DNA of 64,000 nucleotides from an uncultured Streptococcus sp. (GCA_905373305.1 CAJPSM010000001.1:168-64167); one strand, 5' to 3'; numbered from the stretch's first letter, positions 9,509 through 21,696 are shown. Notes: generated by a model from the letters alone, not told the origin. Made by a program: numbers and translations.

Positions 9509-10858
9509 ATGAAAATTGTCCTTGTTGGTGGAGGGAAAGTCGGTTTCGCCCTCTGTCGTTCACTGGTTGCAGAAAAACACGACGTTGTCCTCATCGAACA
9601 AGATGAGGCTGTTCTCGATCATATTGTCAGTCGCTTTGATATCATGGGACTCCTTGGAAATGGAGCAGACTTTGCTATCTTAGAGCAAGCCGGCGTTCAA
9701 GAGTGTGATATCTTTATCGCTCTAACGGAACACGATGAAGTGAATATGATTTCAGCAGTACTTGCTAAAAAGATGGGCGCTAAAGAAACCATTGTTCGAG
9801 TGCGAAATCCTGAATACTCCAATGCCTATTTCAAAGAGAAAAATATTCTTGGATTCTCACTTATCGTTAACCCAGAACTCCTAGCCGCCCGTGCTATCTC
9901 AAATATCATTGATTTCCCGAATGCACTCTCAGTTGAACGGTTCTCAGGGGGACGGGTCAACCTGATGGAGTTTGTTGTCAAAGATTCCAGTGGTCTCTGT
10001 CAAATGCCAATCTCAGATTTTCGTAAAAAATTTGGCAATATCATTGTCTGCGCTATGGAACGAGACCATCAACTTATGATTCCGAGCGGTGATATCACCA
10101 TTCAGGACAAGGATAGGATTTTTGTTACTGGGAATCGTGTGGATATGATGCTCTTCCATAACTATTTCAAATCACGTGCAGTGAAAAGCTTACTCATCGT
10201 TGGTGCTGGAAAAATCGCTTATTACCTACTTGGCATTTTAAAAGATAGCCGTATTGACACTAAAGTTATCGAGATTAATCCTGAGAGAGCTCGTCTCTTC
10301 AGTGAAAAATTTCCAAATCTCTATATCGTACAGGGAGATGGAACTGCCAAAGATATCTTGCTTGAGGAAAGTGCTCCCAACTATGATGCAGTTGCAACTT
10401 TGACTGGGGTTGATGAGGAAAACATCATTACCTCTATGTTCTTAGACCGTGTTGGTGTCCATAAGAATATCACCAAGGTGAATCGCACTAGCCTTTTAGA
10501 GATTATCCATGCACCTGATTTTTCAAGTATCATCACACCCAAAAGCATTGCAGTGGATACCATTATGCACTTTATCCGTGGTCGAGTAAACGCTCAATAC
10601 TCAGACCTTCAAGCCATGCACCATCTAGCAAACGGTCAAATTGAAACTCTTCAATTCCAAATCAAGGAAGCTAATAAAATGACTGCCAAACCTCTTTCAC
10701 AGTTGAAATTGAAAAAAGGGGTTCTCATCGCAGCCATTATCCGAAAAGGAAAAACAATCTTCCCTACTGGAGAGGACAGGCTTGAGGTAGGAGATCAGTT
10801 ACTCGTGACGACCTTATTACCAAATATCACCAAGATTTATGATCTGATTGAGAGGTAA
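9509..10858 (+). CDS. trkA: Trk potassium uptake protein TrkA
   Basis: 449 aa with two RCK units (GGGKVG and GAGKIA Rossmann motifs). Confidence 0.95.
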   Translation: MKIVLVGGGKVGFALCRSLVAEKHDVVLIEQDEAVLDHIVSRFDIMGLLGNGADFAILEQAGVQECDIFIALTEHDEVNMISAVLAKKMGAKETIVRVRNPEYSNAYFKEKNILGFSLIVNPELLAARAISNIIDFPNALSVERFSGGRVNLMEFVVKDSSGLCQMPISDFRKKFGNIIVCAMERDHQLMIPSGDITIQDKDRIFVTGNRVDMMLFHNYFKSRAVKSLLIVGAGKIAYYLLGILKDSRIDTKVIEINPERARLFSEKFPNLYIVQGDGTAKDILLEESAPNYDAVATLTGVDEENIITSMFLDRVGVHKNITKVNRTSLLEIIHAPDFSSIITPKSIAVDTIMHFIRGRVNAQYSDLQAMHHLANGQIETLQFQIKEANKMTAKPLSQLKLKKGVLIAAIIRKGKTIFPTGEDRLEVGDQLLVTTLLPNITKIYDLIER

Positions 10859-10861
10859 AAG

Positions 10862-12301
10862 ATGAATAAAAGTATGATTCGTTACCTCCTCTCAAAACTT
10901 CTCTTGATTGAGGCGGTTCTCCTCCTAGTACCCGTTAGTGTAGCAACTTATTATCAAGAATCCAGCCAAGTATTTACAGCACTCTTTACAACAATTGGAA
11001 TTTTAATACTTCTTGGTAGCTTGGGAATTTTACGGAAACCCAAAAATCAGCGAATTTATACTAAGGAGGGAGTCTTAATCGTCGCCCTCTGTTGGATTCT
11101 ATGGTCTTTCTTTGGAGCACTTCCCTTTGTCTTTTCAGGACAAATCCCAAGCGTCATCGATGCCTTCTTTGAAATCAGTTCTGGTTTTACAACTACAGGA
11201 GCGACCATTCTGACAGATGTCTCAGTTCTCAGCCGTTCCCTCCTCTTCTGGCGAAGTTTTACTCACTTGATTGGAGGGATGGGGGTACTCGTCTTCGCGC
11301 TTGCCATTATGGACAATGCCAAGAATAGTCACTTAGAGGTGATGAAGGCTGAGGTCCCTGGGCCTGTCTTCGGTAAGGTTGTATCCAAGCTAAAAAACAC
11401 TGCCCAGATCCTCTATCTGCTTTATCTAGCTCTCTTCTCTCTCTTTGTGATTATCTACTACCTAGCAGGTATGCCTCTCTACGATAGTTTTGTCATCGCT
11501 ATGGGAACAGCGGGAACCGGAGGATTCACTGTCTACAACGATGGAATCGCCCATTACGGCAGTTCTCTGATTACCTATCTTGTCAGTTTTGGCGTTCTGG
11601 TTTTCGGTGTAAATTTTAACCTGTATTACTTTCTCATGCTCCGTCGGGTAAAGGCCTTCTTTGGAGATGAAGAACTGCGGGCTTATGTGATCATTGTACT
11701 GGTGTCTACAGGCTTGATCACCCTCAACACCCTCCACCTTTACCAAGGTGTGTCTAAGAGTTTTGAGATGGCTCTCTTCCAAGTGTCTAATATCATCACA
11801 ACAACTGGATTTGGTTACGGAGATATCACCAACTGGCCTCTCTTCTCCCAGTTTATCCTCCTCTTCCTCATGGCAATCGGTGGCTCAGCTGGCTCAACTG
11901 CAGGTGGTCTTAAGGTGATCCGTGGACTCATCCTTACAAAAATTGCCAAAAATCAGATTTTGTCCATCTTATCCCCTCACCGTGTCTTGACTTTACATGT
12001 CAATAAAACTGTGATTGATAAGGATACCCAACACAAGATTCTTAAGTATTTTGCCATCTATATGATGATTATTCTCTCTCTCATCTTTATCGTCAGTCTT
12101 GATAGCAATGATTTTCTAGTCGTGACCAGTGCGGTTTTCAGCTGTTTTAACAATATCGGACCTATTCTAGGTACAACCTCTAGTTTTGCCATCTTCAGTC
12201 CCATCTCTAAAATCCTGCTCTCATTTGCAATGATTGCAGGCCGCTTAGAGATTTACCCAATTTTGCTACTCTTTATGAAACGCACTTGGTCTAAACGTTA
12301 A
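10862..12301 (+). CDS. trkH: Trk potassium uptake membrane protein TrkH
   Basis: Pore-loop motifs SGFTTTGAT, GTGGF, TTTGF, NNIGP; also GSTAGGLK and GRLEI. Confidence 0.95.
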   Translation: MNKSMIRYLLSKLLLIEAVLLLVPVSVATYYQESSQVFTALFTTIGILILLGSLGILRKPKNQRIYTKEGVLIVALCWILWSFFGALPFVFSGQIPSVIDAFFEISSGFTTTGATILTDVSVLSRSLLFWRSFTHLIGGMGVLVFALAIMDNAKNSHLEVMKAEVPGPVFGKVVSKLKNTAQILYLLYLALFSLFVIIYYLAGMPLYDSFVIAMGTAGTGGFTVYNDGIAHYGSSLITYLVSFGVLVFGVNFNLYYFLMLRRVKAFFGDEELRAYVIIVLVSTGLITLNTLHLYQGVSKSFEMALFQVSNIITTTGFGYGDITNWPLFSQFILLFLMAIGGSAGSTAGGLKVIRGLILTKIAKNQILSILSPHRVLTLHVNKTVIDKDTQHKILKYFAIYMMIILSLIFIVSLDSNDFLVVTSAVFSCFNNIGPILGTTSSFAIFSPISKILLSFAMIAGRLEIYPILLLFMKRTWSKR

Positions 12302-12311
12302 TTATAATACA

Positions 12312-12348
12312 ATTCCCCTTTTACAAGCTAGTAAAAGGGGATTTTTTC
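12312..12348 (+). terminator. Intrinsic terminator of trkAH
   Basis: TCCCCTTTTAC-AAGCTA-GTAAAAGGGGA followed by a T tract. Confidence 0.85.
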
Positions 12349-12389
12349 TATTAAAAATGAGAAGACCTTTCGGTCCTCTCCTAATCTGT

Positions 12390-13319
12390 TTATTTTTTAA
12401 GAGCTTCCTTGTAACGAGCAAGTTCTGCTTGATTGGCCCAAACATAGTGACCTGGACGAATTTCCACCATAGATGGCTTATCTGTCTCATAGTCATGTTG
12501 ATCAGGATCGTAAACTTTCAAGACCTTCTTGCGTTCCAAGATTGGATCTGGAATCGGTACAGCAGATAGAAGGGCTTGAGTATATGGGTGGACAGGATTG
12601 TTAAACAACTCCTCTGTCTCCGCCACTTCGACGATAACTCCCTTATAGATAACCGCGATACGATCTGAGATAAAGCGAACAACTGACAAGTCATGTGCGA
12701 TAAAGAGATAGGTCAAGCCCAACTCTTTTTGGAACTTCTTGAGCAAGTTCAAAACTTGCGCACGCACAGATACGTCCAAGGCAGAGATTGGCTCATCTGC
12801 AATAACGAAATCAGGCTCCATCACAAGGGCACGGGCAATCCCGATACGCTGACGTTGACCACCAGAAAACTCATGTGGGTAACGGGTCAAGTGTTCTTTC
12901 AAAAGCCCAACTTCATGAATCATCTTTTGAACTTTTTCTTTTCGATCTTCTTCATCTTTGAACAAGTGATAGTTGTAAAGACCTTCAGAGATGATATAGT
13001 CAACTGTCGCACGCTCATTCAAGCTAGCTGCAGGGTCCTGGAAAATCATCTGGATACGACGAATCAAGTCTGATGATTCCTTGTGAGATTTTTTCCCATT
13101 AATTTTCTGCCCATCAAAGATAATCTCTCCTTTACTGGTATTATTTAGACCAATAATGGCACGACCAATCGTTGTTTTCCCACTACCAGACTCACCAACA
13201 AGAGAGAAGGTTTCTCCCTTGTTGATAAAGAAGTTGGCGTTTTTAACCGCGACAAACTTCTTACTTCCTTCACCGAAGGAAATTTCTAAATCTTTAATTT
13301 CTACTAATTTTTCAGACAT
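12390..13319 (-). CDS. amiF: Oligopeptide ABC transporter ATPase AmiF
   Basis: [24 protein letters not shown]; last gene of the ami operon. Confidence 0.95.
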   Translation of the reverse strand: MSEKLVEIKDLEISFGEGSKKFVAVKNANFFINKGETFSLVGESGSGKTTIGRAIIGLNNTSKGEIIFDGQKINGKKSHKESSDLIRRIQMIFQDPAASLNERATVDYIISEGLYNYHLFKDEEDRKEKVQKMIHEVGLLKEHLTRYPHEFSGGQRQRIGIARALVMEPDFVIADEPISALDVSVRAQVLNLLKKFQKELGLTYLFIAHDLSVVRFISDRIAVIYKGVIVEVAETEELFNNPVHPYTQALLSAVPIPDPILERKKVLKVYDPDQHDYETDKPSMVEIRPGHYVWANQAELARYKEALKK

Positions 13320-13329
13320 TTCCTTCCTC

Positions 13330-14397
13330 CTAGTCTTCTAGATGAGCAAAGCCCATTTTATCACGAATCTTGCCATGCAAATCTGCAATGACCCCAGGTT
13401 TTTCAACTTTAGGAGCATTCTCATGAAGCAACCAAGTCTTAGCCCAGTGAGTATCAGTGACTGAAAACTGAGGTGCTTTCTGTTCAAAGTCAATTTGCAT
13501 CGCATAATCTGAACGAAGAGCAAAGGCATCACCTTTCAACTCAGTATAAAGAGACGGTGGTGTTCCTGGAATAGAGTACAATTCCCCTTTATCATCAGCA
13601 AGCTGAGGCAAGCTAGACAAGAGACTCCAAGTATAGGGATGACGTGGGTCGTAGAATACTTCCTCAACGGTTCCGTATTCTACAATTTCCCCAGCATACA
13701 TAACCGCTACTTTATCGGCAATACTTGCTACCACACCAAGGTCATGGGTGATAAAGATAATGGTAAAGTGGTACTCGTTTTGCAAAGTTTTAAGCAAATC
13801 AATGATTTGCGCTTGAATGGTTACATCAAGAGCCGTTGTTGGCTCGTCACAGATCAAGATATCTGGACGACATGCAAGGGCAATCGCGATAACGATACGT
13901 TGACGCATCCCTCCAGAATATTGGAAAGGATACTCGTCAAAACGTTTTTCAGCGTCTGGGATTCCGACCTTGTTCATATAGTCGATTGCCATCTCTTTGG
14001 CTTCCTTGGCTGTTTTTCCTTGGTGTTTAACGATAACTTCAGTGATTTGGCTACCGATTGTATTGATTGGGTCCAAACTTGTCATAGGGTCTTGGAAGAT
14101 GGTCGCAATTTTAGCACCACGAATCTTCTCCCATTCCTTGTTAGAAGTCAAGGCTGTCAAGTCTTGTCCACGATAGTCGATACTTCCTTGGGCAATACGT
14201 CCATTGTCTTCTAACATCCCTGTAAAGGTTTTTGTTAATACAGATTTACCAGAACCTGACTCTCCTACCAAGGCAAGAACTTCCCCTTCAATCAGGTCTA
14301 GAGAAACTCCTCGGATAGCTGTCAGAACTTTGTCACGAACGTCAAATTCCACGACAATATCACGAGCAGTCAAAATTACATTATTTTCTTTTGTCAT
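13330..14397 (-). CDS. amiE: Oligopeptide ABC transporter ATPase AmiE
   Basis: [25 protein letters not shown]. Confidence 0.95.
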   Translation of the reverse strand: MTKENNVILTARDIVVEFDVRDKVLTAIRGVSLDLIEGEVLALVGESGSGKSVLTKTFTGMLEDNGRIAQGSIDYRGQDLTALTSNKEWEKIRGAKIATIFQDPMTSLDPINTIGSQITEVIVKHQGKTAKEAKEMAIDYMNKVGIPDAEKRFDEYPFQYSGGMRQRIVIAIALACRPDILICDEPTTALDVTIQAQIIDLLKTLQNEYHFTIIFITHDLGVVASIADKVAVMYAGEIVEYGTVEEVFYDPRHPYTWSLLSSLPQLADDKGELYSIPGTPPSLYTELKGDAFALRSDYAMQIDFEQKAPQFSVTDTHWAKTWLLHENAPKVEKPGVIADLHGKIRDKMGFAHLED

Positions 14398-14405
14398 GTC
14401 TACTC

Positions 14406-15332
14406 CTATCTATGTGTACGTGGATCACTAGCATCCGCTAGGTTTTGACCAACAACGAAGAGAGATAGGGACACCAAGATCAAGGTTGTCAACGGAATCC
14501 AGAATAAGTAAGCGTTGGTCGTAACGTTTTGTGAGTAATCTGAGATCAAACGTCCCAAACTTGGCACTGTTACAGGCAATCCCAATCCAAAGAAGGAAAG
14601 GAAGGCTTCATAAGAGATGAAGCTTGGCAACATCAAGGTCATCGTAGAAACAATAACGGATACCAATTGTGGCATGATATTTTTAACAATGATTTTAAAG
14701 GTTGGTGTTCCAAGTGTTTGAGAAGCAAGGTTGTATTCCAAATCACGGTAACGCATGATTTGGATACGAATCATATAAGCAATCCCAATCCAAGTTGTCA
14801 CACTCATGGCAAAAATCAAATTCCAGAAACCAGCACCGATTGAGTAAGTCAAGACAATGACAATCAAGAGAGATGGAATGTTTGAAATAATGTTATAAAC
14901 TTCCATCATGACACGGTCAACGGATTTTGAAATTCCCCAAATTCCACCAACAATAACCCCAATTACAAGGTTGATAAAAGTTGCAATTACAGAGATGAGG
15001 ATAGAGTTACGCGCACCAAACCAAACCCCGTCAAACAAGGATTTACCATTGCTATCTGTACCAAACCAATGTTCAGCATTGGGCTTGATAAAACGAGCAG
15101 AGAAGTCATTGACCTTACTTACATCGTTGAAGTCAAAATCTGAGAACATTGGGTAAATAAAGCTCATCAAGATAATAGCAACCAAAATTCCTAGCATAAA
15201 GACGGTTGATTTTTTCTTTAGAAATTGTCTAAATACAGAACCCCAGTATGAATAGGCAGGAGCATCAATTGTTTCAGAGGCAAAATCGTCACGTTTTACG
15301 AACTGAAATTTTTCTTTATCGATTGTTGACAT
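14406..15332 (-). CDS. amiD: Oligopeptide ABC transporter permease AmiD
   Basis: HWFGTD..G motif and OppC-type topology. Confidence 0.95.
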   Translation of the reverse strand: MSTIDKEKFQFVKRDDFASETIDAPAYSYWGSVFRQFLKKKSTVFMLGILVAIILMSFIYPMFSDFDFNDVSKVNDFSARFIKPNAEHWFGTDSNGKSLFDGVWFGARNSILISVIATFINLVIGVIVGGIWGISKSVDRVMMEVYNIISNIPSLLIVIVLTYSIGAGFWNLIFAMSVTTWIGIAYMIRIQIMRYRDLEYNLASQTLGTPTFKIIVKNIMPQLVSVIVSTMTLMLPSFISYEAFLSFFGLGLPVTVPSLGRLISDYSQNVTTNAYLFWIPLTTLILVSLSLFVVGQNLADASDPRTHR

Positions 15333-16828
15333 TATTTGCCTCCTTTCTCTGTCAATTTAATACGTGGGTCAAGCATGGTCATCCAGATATCACCTACAAA
15401 GAGTGAGAAGATAGAAATACATGTGAAGATGAAGACAAGACCAACTACCATTGAGTTGTTTGATGCCTTAACAGAGTCAATCAACATTTTACCCATACCT
15501 GGGAAAGCGAAGACCGTTTCTGTCAATGTTGCACCACCGATAACTCCGATTACGGCACCAGGAATACCTGAAACCAAAGGAACCATGGCATTTTTAAAGA
15601 TGTGTTTATTTGAAATTTCTTTTTCAGACAAACCTTTGGCGCGAGCAAAACGTACGAAGTCTTGAGATTGCAAGTCGATCATGTAACGACGAATCCAGAT
15701 AGCCGTACTTGGTGCTCCCAACAAACCTAGAATGACTGCCGGCAAGACATAAGAACGCCAATCTCCAGCCCCCAAGATAGGGAATGAGTCTGGCAGACCG
15801 ATAGATGATCCAATCAAGCGCACAATATATACCAAGGCAATCGTTGGAAGGGCAAGCAAGAAGGTCAGAGCACCTGTCGAGAAGCTGTCAATCCAAGTAT
15901 TCTTGTGGCGAGCCATAGCAGATCCAAGTGGAATAGCGATAGCATACGAGATAATCAAACCAATCAAACCAGCAACAGCTGAACTTGCAATCATAGATGG
16001 ATATTGGTAATTGCTTTCTGTAGCCGTGTAAGGATCGTCCTTACCATAGTTTGCCACCTCACGTGCGTCTGCTTGACTTGGTGATTTGTAGGTACGAGAG
16101 TAGATATCTACAGATGAAGTCTTTTTACCTGTAGGGAATTGAACTTCTGCTGTCTTAGTTTGTCCCTGACCTTGTGTGATAACTTGAAGCACTGGTGTGT
16201 TTGCATAAGTTGGGTAAGAATCACCTAAGTTAACGTTCACAAAGTTTTGGTGTACAAATGGGAATTGGTTATTGAAATACAAAAGATACTTATGTTTTGT
16301 ACCTGAACCAACCAATGACCAACCGATAGCAGGATCGTTTTCAAAACGAAGATAGCGTTCCAAGTTTGGATTTTCAGGGTCCTGAATCTTGTTTGGATGA
16401 TCAATATCAATCAAGTTGGCATAGAATTTGAAAACACGTTCAAAAATCGGAATTTCACGCGTAGCATAGAATTGACCACTTTCTGAGAATACACCGAACG
16501 TCCAACCATTTCCTAGTTGGTTGATGTATTTTTCGTAGATTGCCTTATTGGTATCATTGGCATCCACTGTTACAGATGAGTCCATTGTGCTCGCTTTTTC
16601 TTGCAACTCCTTAGTATCGTAGTACTCTATATAGCCCATCCGCTCATAAACGGTATTTTCATAATTATCCCGTTTATCTGGCGTCGTTGCAATTTTGTTA
16701 TAGTTGGTATCCTGCTTGAAAATCAGTTTTCGAGGAACCATCGTATAGATAATCGTGTAGGTCAAGGTTGTCACCAAGAAGATAGACACCAATGAACGCA
16801 ATACACGCATAAAAATATATTTCTTCAT
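15332..16828 (-). CDS. amiC: Oligopeptide ABC transporter permease AmiC
   Basis: 498 aa OppB-type protein with a large extracellular insert; [14 protein letters not shown]-like loop. Confidence 0.95.
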   Translation of the reverse strand: MKKYIFMRVLRSLVSIFLVTTLTYTIIYTMVPRKLIFKQDTNYNKIATTPDKRDNYENTVYERMGYIEYYDTKELQEKASTMDSSVTVDANDTNKAIYEKYINQLGNGWTFGVFSESGQFYATREIPIFERVFKFYANLIDIDHPNKIQDPENPNLERYLRFENDPAIGWSLVGSGTKHKYLLYFNNQFPFVHQNFVNVNLGDSYPTYANTPVLQVITQGQGQTKTAEVQFPTGKKTSSVDIYSRTYKSPSQADAREVANYGKDDPYTATESNYQYPSMIASSAVAGLIGLIISYAIAIPLGSAMARHKNTWIDSFSTGALTFLLALPTIALVYIVRLIGSSIGLPDSFPILGAGDWRSYVLPAVILGLLGAPSTAIWIRRYMIDLQSQDFVRFARAKGLSEKEISNKHIFKNAMVPLVSGIPGAVIGVIGGATLTETVFAFPGMGKMLIDSVKASNNSMVVGLVFIFTCISIFSLFVGDIWMTMLDPRIKLTEKGGK

Positions 16829-16894
16829 ATCGTTTCCTTTTAAAATCCCAAAAGAACCTTCTCCTCATGGAGAGAAAGTTCTCTTGAGAGTTAT

Positions 16895-18873
16895 TTATTT
16901 AACGTGATTAGCCAATTCTTTTTGAACTTTTTCGTTTGATTCTTTTTTCTCTTTGAGCCATTTCTCACGAGCTTGTTCATAGTCAGCTTTTGTTACAACC
17001 TTGTCTTGCAACTGAATATACTTGAAGTATACATCTGAGCCCTTATCTCCAGACTGGCTGTATGATGCTGTGAATGGTACAACACGAGAAATGAATGGTG
17101 CAGCACCAGTTGATGACATAGCTGGCAAGAAGAGTGAACTATCTGTCAACCAAGCTTGTGCAGCCGCGTATTTTTCATAACGAACATTCAAGTCACTTGT
17201 TTCTTTAGCAGCTTCATCAACTAGCTTATCGTATTCTTTCAAACCAACTTGAGCTGCTGCAGCATTATCTGCACCTTCATAACCCATGTATGTTTTTGTT
17301 TGTTCAGCATTCGTTGTTTTTAAGATATCAAGGTAAGTTGATGGATCTTCATAGTCAGGGATCCATCCAACTGCTCCTGAGAGGTCCCAATCTTCTGCCG
17401 CAGCGTTTGCAGCATAGTAAGTGATGTTGTTCAACTCATCTTTAGAAACTTGTTGGATATCAATCACTACATTATCTTCACCAAGTACTTTTTCAACTGA
17501 TTGTTTAAAGGATTGAATACGAGCGATATAATTTTTAGATGTTTGGTCTACTGGAACATCCAAGTGAATAGGGAATTTCACGCCTTCTGTTTCCAATGCA
17601 GTTTTAGCTTTGGCAAATTCAGCCTTGGCTTTATCAGCATTGAAGAGACCGTCTTGACCATCAGCAAAGTTTACGTTCTTCCATTCATCACCATAAGCAG
17701 CCATCTTATCAGTTACCAAGTCACCGAAAGTTTTTTCACCTGCAGAGACAAACCCTGGTTTCACAAAGAGGTTACGAACTGCAAGGGGGCCCCTTCCTTA
17801 CCATTGATTTGTTCTGAGTAATAAGTACGGTCAAAGGCAAAGTTCAAGGCCTGACGGAAGTCTTTGTTAAGAAGGGCTTTCTTAGTAGAAGTCTTCTCTT
17901 CATCAGTTGTCTTAGAAGTGTATTTGTAACCTTGACGGTCAATATTCACACCCAAACCAGCAATCCCTGGTCCTGATGGAGTGTAGAAGATATTTTCCTT
18001 GTATGTCTCTTCTACTTTAGAATAGTTTGAACTTGTTGGGTAAAGGCGAGCATAGCTATAGGCTCCACTTGTAAAGTTACGCTCAATGGACTCTTGGTCT
18101 GAACCATCATAGAAAGCAAGGGTAACTTTATCAAGGTGAACGTTATCCTTATCCCAGTACTGCTCATTCTTAGCAAATTCGATAGAAGATTTAGTAGTCA
18201 AACCTTTCAGCAAGAACGGACCATTATAAAGCAATGACGTAGGATCTGTTGCTTTGGCAAAATCTGATCCTTTTGATTTTTCAAATTCTTCGTTCAATGG
18301 CCAGAAGATTGAGTAGGCCATCTTAGAGTTCCAGTATGGTTCGGGTTTGTTCAAAGTGTATTCAAGAGTATAATCATCAACTGCCTTCACACCTACCGTA
18401 GAAAAGTCTTTTGAATTTCCAGACAAATAATCAGACAATCCTTTAACAGAAGTTTCTGCTAGATATAGAGCTTCGGATTTCTTATCTGCTGCGTGTTTCA
18501 AACCATTTACGAAATCTTTAGCTGTTACTTCAGCGTACTCTTCCCCATCAGATGTCATCCATTTAACACCTTTGCGGATTTTGTAGGTATAAGTCAAACC
18601 ATCTTTTGAGACTGACCAGTCTTCTGCAACTGCGGGAGTCAAATTCCCATATTTGTCATTTGTGAAGAGACCGTCAATACCATTTGAAGTGGCAATCTTA
18701 GTACTTTGTTTCCCTGAAATGAGGTAATCCAATGTTTCCGGATCAGCTGTATAAACATAACCATAATTTTTTGGTGCTGTTGAATCAGATGATTTTGAAG
18801 AACCGCAAGCAGCGAGAACACCAGTTGCCAGCAAAGCAATCCCTGCTGTAACAAATACTCTACTTTTTTTCAT
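16895..18873 (-). pseudogene. amiA: Oligopeptide-binding lipoprotein AmiA, split by a 1-bp frameshift as assembled
   Basis: The N-terminal ORF (MKKSRV..., lipobox LAAC) stops at 17761 and the C-terminal half continues in another frame. Adding one C to the minus-strand run GGGGCCCCC (17785-17793) restores ...EGAPLAVRNLFVKPGFVSAG... Confidence 0.85.
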
Positions 18874-18911
18874 GTATGTAACTCCTCTTAAAAAATTTAG
18901 GCTTATTGCCA

Positions 18912-18957
18912 ATTATACCATAGATTTCTCAAAAAGTAAACGAATTTTCAGAATATT
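18912..18957 (-). promoter_or_regulatory. ami promoter with CodY box
   Basis: Extended -10 TG-G-TATAAT (18912-18920). AATTTTCAGAATATT at 18943-18957 is one mismatch from the CodY consensus AATTTTCWGAAAATT. Confidence 0.8.
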
Positions 18958-19136
18958 TAGGCGTGTAACCACAAAAAACTTTCATTTATCAAATTTCTTT
19001 ATTCTTTGTTTGCTATCTATCAAGTCATAAGGCAAACTTAATGCCCATAAAGCCTGATTTTCAGGTTTTCTCTCCCCATTTTTCTATCCAATCAGAAAGG
19101 GCAATCTTCTAAATTGGATTTTCGATTAAGAAACTA

Positions 19137-19165
19137 TTGACGTAGAATCATTTTCAAGGTATAAT
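19137..19165 (+). promoter_or_regulatory. Promoter of tRNA-Cys
   Basis: TTGACG, 17 bp, TATAAT. Confidence 0.85.
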
Positions 19166-19177
19166 ATTAAACGTTGA

Positions 19178-19248
19178 GGCGGTATAGCCAAGTGGTAAGG
19201 CACGGCTCTGCAAAAGCTTGATCGTCGGTTCAAATCCGTCTACCGCCT
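19178..19248 (+). tRNA. tRNA-Cys (GCA)
   Basis: Acceptor stem GGCGGTA/TACCGCC, D arm GCCAAGTGGTAAGGC, anticodon GCA at 19210-19212, T loop GGTTCAAATCC. CCA is not encoded. Confidence 0.97.
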
Positions 19249-19282
19249 TTCAGTACCTGAATTAACAGGAATTAACCGAATG

Positions 19283-19310
19283 AAAAGCCCGTAAAATCGG
19301 GCTTTTTTGT
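19283..19310 (+). terminator. Intrinsic terminator after tRNA-Cys
   Basis: AAAAGCCCG-TAAAAT-CGGGCTTTTTT. Confidence 0.85.
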
Positions 19311-19400
19311 TTTTTTCTTCGGATAAAAATAAGGATAACTTTGAAAATCTTTTGAGGCGAATTGGGGGCGAATAAAAAAACAGTGACGAAAATCACTGTT

Positions 19401-20732
19401 TTACTCGGTTTCTTCTTCAGGTTCTAATTCTGTGATTTGGACTTTTACCTTGGTAACACGTCCATTTTTCACCTTATCATTGGTTAGGATAATCTGCTTG
19501 TTTTGGCTGACCAATTCATAACTAATTTTCTCAGTTGTTGGAATCGTTCCAACACCAGTTAGATAATAGCCAGCTATAGTATCCACATCATCGCTTTCTA
19601 GTTCAACGCCAAAGTAGTCGTTGAAGTCGTTAAGATTCATGGTTCCTTGTGCAATATAGGTATCCTCACCGATTTGATGGACTTCGATTTCTGCTCTGTC
19701 CGTTTCGTCATCAATTTCGCCGACAATCTCCTCTAGCAGGTCTTCCAGAGTTACCAAACCAGCCATACCACCGTATTCGTCTAGTAAGATAGCCATTTGA
19801 TTTTGGGTATTTCGAAGCTCTTTAAGGAGGTCATCCACAAAGATAGTCTCAGGCACAAATAGTGGCGTTTGGAGGATTCGTTTCCAAATAATATTTTCAA
19901 AACCATCTGCATAGGCGGCGTTTAGCAAACGCTTGGTATGAATCAAACCAATCACATTGTCCTTATCACCGTCATAAACGGGAATACGTGAGAAATTTTG
20001 CTTCAAAATACTTTCGATAATCGCCTTACTGTCATCCTGAATATCTACCATAAAGGCATCGGTACGAGGCACCATTAGCTCACGAGCCATTAGTTCATCT
20101 AGAGAAAAGATCCCCTGTAGCATTTCAATCTCATCTGCATCCAGTGTTTCTTCACTATTAGTGAGCATGTACTCTATTTCATCACGTGTCATCTTTTCAT
20201 CAGCATCATCAAAGGTCATTGGCGTCACACGACTCAACAAATTAGTTGAAGCAGATAGTAGCCAGACAAAGGGACTTACAATCTTTCCAAGACCAATAAT
20301 AATTGGTGCTGTTCGAATCGCCAAAGCATCTTTCAAATTGAGGGCAATCCGCTTAGGATAGAGTTCACCAAAAACAATGGAGATATAGGTCAAGAATGCC
20401 AAAGAGAGGAAACTTGCAATGGCGTAAGCCGTCTCTCCGCTTCCCATCCAAGATGCAATCACTTGTCCAAGGGTATCCGCCAATTTGGCCCCTGACAAGA
20501 TCGTGATCAAGGTGATACCAACTTGAATCGTTGATAAAAAGTGATTAGGGTTTTCAAGTACCTTTAGCAAACGGATGTAGCGTTTATCGCCTTCTTCTGC
20601 TTTTTGCTCTACTCGGGCACGATTTAGTGACACCATAGCCATTTCTGTAGCTGAGAAAAAGGCATTTAAAAAGGTCAAGATAAATAATAATACAAACTGT
20701 AGCAACAAATTCTGACTGCTCGGGTCTTCCAT
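19401..20732 (-). CDS. CNNM/CBS/CorC domain membrane protein (hemolysin family, putative Mg2+ efflux)
   Basis: NAFFSATEMA, STIQVGIT, FGELYPK, CBS pair (FSRIPVY, DEYGG..GLVTLEDLLEEIVGEI), CorC C-terminus. Confidence 0.92.
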   Translation of the reverse strand: MEDPSSQNLLLQFVLLFILTFLNAFFSATEMAMVSLNRARVEQKAEEGDKRYIRLLKVLENPNHFLSTIQVGITLITILSGAKLADTLGQVIASWMGSGETAYAIASFLSLAFLTYISIVFGELYPKRIALNLKDALAIRTAPIIIGLGKIVSPFVWLLSASTNLLSRVTPMTFDDADEKMTRDEIEYMLTNSEETLDADEIEMLQGIFSLDELMARELMVPRTDAFMVDIQDDSKAIIESILKQNFSRIPVYDGDKDNVIGLIHTKRLLNAAYADGFENIIWKRILQTPLFVPETIFVDDLLKELRNTQNQMAILLDEYGGMAGLVTLEDLLEEIVGEIDDETDRAEIEVHQIGEDTYIAQGTMNLNDFNDYFGVELESDDVDTIAGYYLTGVGTIPTTEKISYELVSQNKQIILTNDKVKNGRVTKVKVQITELEPEEETE

Positions 20733-20871
20733 AGTCCTTCTCCTAAAATAGTATCTTGTGTTCCATTATATCATAAATCGGCGTAGGAATCACATTATTT
20801 TCTAATTTATACAATCGCTCCCTTATCTATGATAGACAAAGGAGCGATTTTTGTTCTTTTGTAGATTGTTT

Positions 20872-21696
20872 CTAGTTTGTCACTGTGACTTGGCCTGTTC
20901 GGTAATCAAGCTGGATACCCTTTTGAACATTGGGGATTAGGACATTGAATTCCAACTCGCCATCCGAAGACTTGGCTTCAATTTGTGAAGCGGACGGAAC
21001 TAGATCCTCATTTGTCGCATAGTGGAGAGTTACCCGATAACGGACTCTCTTATTCTGGTCCAAGGCTTTTCTGACCAAACTCTCATAGTAGTTCTGACCA
21101 GTCGAATCCTCAGCTTGCGCTTGATTCGCCCAAGCTGTCTGGACTGCAATGTTCTTGGGATTGCTGGTAGAGGCATCAAAACCATCCAAACCACCTATCA
21201 AGGCATAGCCCAGCAGGTGTCCTCTATCAACTGCATGTGTATAGATCCCCTTTAGATTCTTAACCTGATGCCACCCTGGTGGCGTCCAAGAGGTGGATCC
21301 ATTTCCTGTTTCTTCACGATTCTTATACTGCCGAGTCGCTTTGGATAAGATGGCATTGGCAACAGTTGGAACTGTTTCTTTTCCCACTGTCTTTGTCTTA
21401 TTATCCGCATAGGGTTTGCTAGAAACCTTGGCATCTAGATTGGTCTTATTGCCATTGACAATGAAGGCCCCTGCTCCATTCCACTCGAGCCCCCCCTTGA
21501 TTTGGTTTTTGATTGACTCAGTTAAGACACTTTCAGCCAGCTCCTGACTGGGAGCTTCTGAAGCTTGTTTTTTCTGACTGACCTTTGTTCTAGGGGTGTT
21601 TGGTGCTGTCTGCATCTGCTTAATGTAGTAGCTTCCAGCAGCCAATAGTAAGAATATAAGCAACCCTATCAGAGCTTGTCTTGTTTTTTTGTCCAT
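20872..21696 (-). CDS. endA: DNA-entry nuclease EndA
   Basis: N-terminal membrane anchor and DRGH active-site motif; follows epuA. Confidence 0.95.
   Translation of the reverse strand: MDKKTRQALIGLLIFLLLAAGSYYIKQMQTAPNTPRTKVSQKKQASEAPSQELAESVLTESIKNQIKGGLEWNGAGAFIVNGNKTNLDAKVSSKPYADNKTKTVGKETVPTVANAILSKATRQYKNREETGNGSTSWTPPGWHQVKNLKGIYTHAVDRGHLLGYALIGGLDGFDASTSNPKNIAVQTAWANQAQAEDSTGQNYYESLVRKALDQNKRVRYRVTLHYATNEDLVPSASQIEAKSSDGELEFNVLIPNVQKGIQLDYRTGQVTVTN

Noticed and set aside
18960..19135. Spacer between the ami and tRNA-Cys promoters as a possible sRNA or gene remnant
   Set aside because: Only short interrupted frames, and no convincing promoter-terminator pair.
19401..20732. 'Hemolysin' as a virulence toxin
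   Set aside because: The domain content is CNNM/CBS/CorC, a conserved metal-homeostasis family; the name is a legacy annotation.
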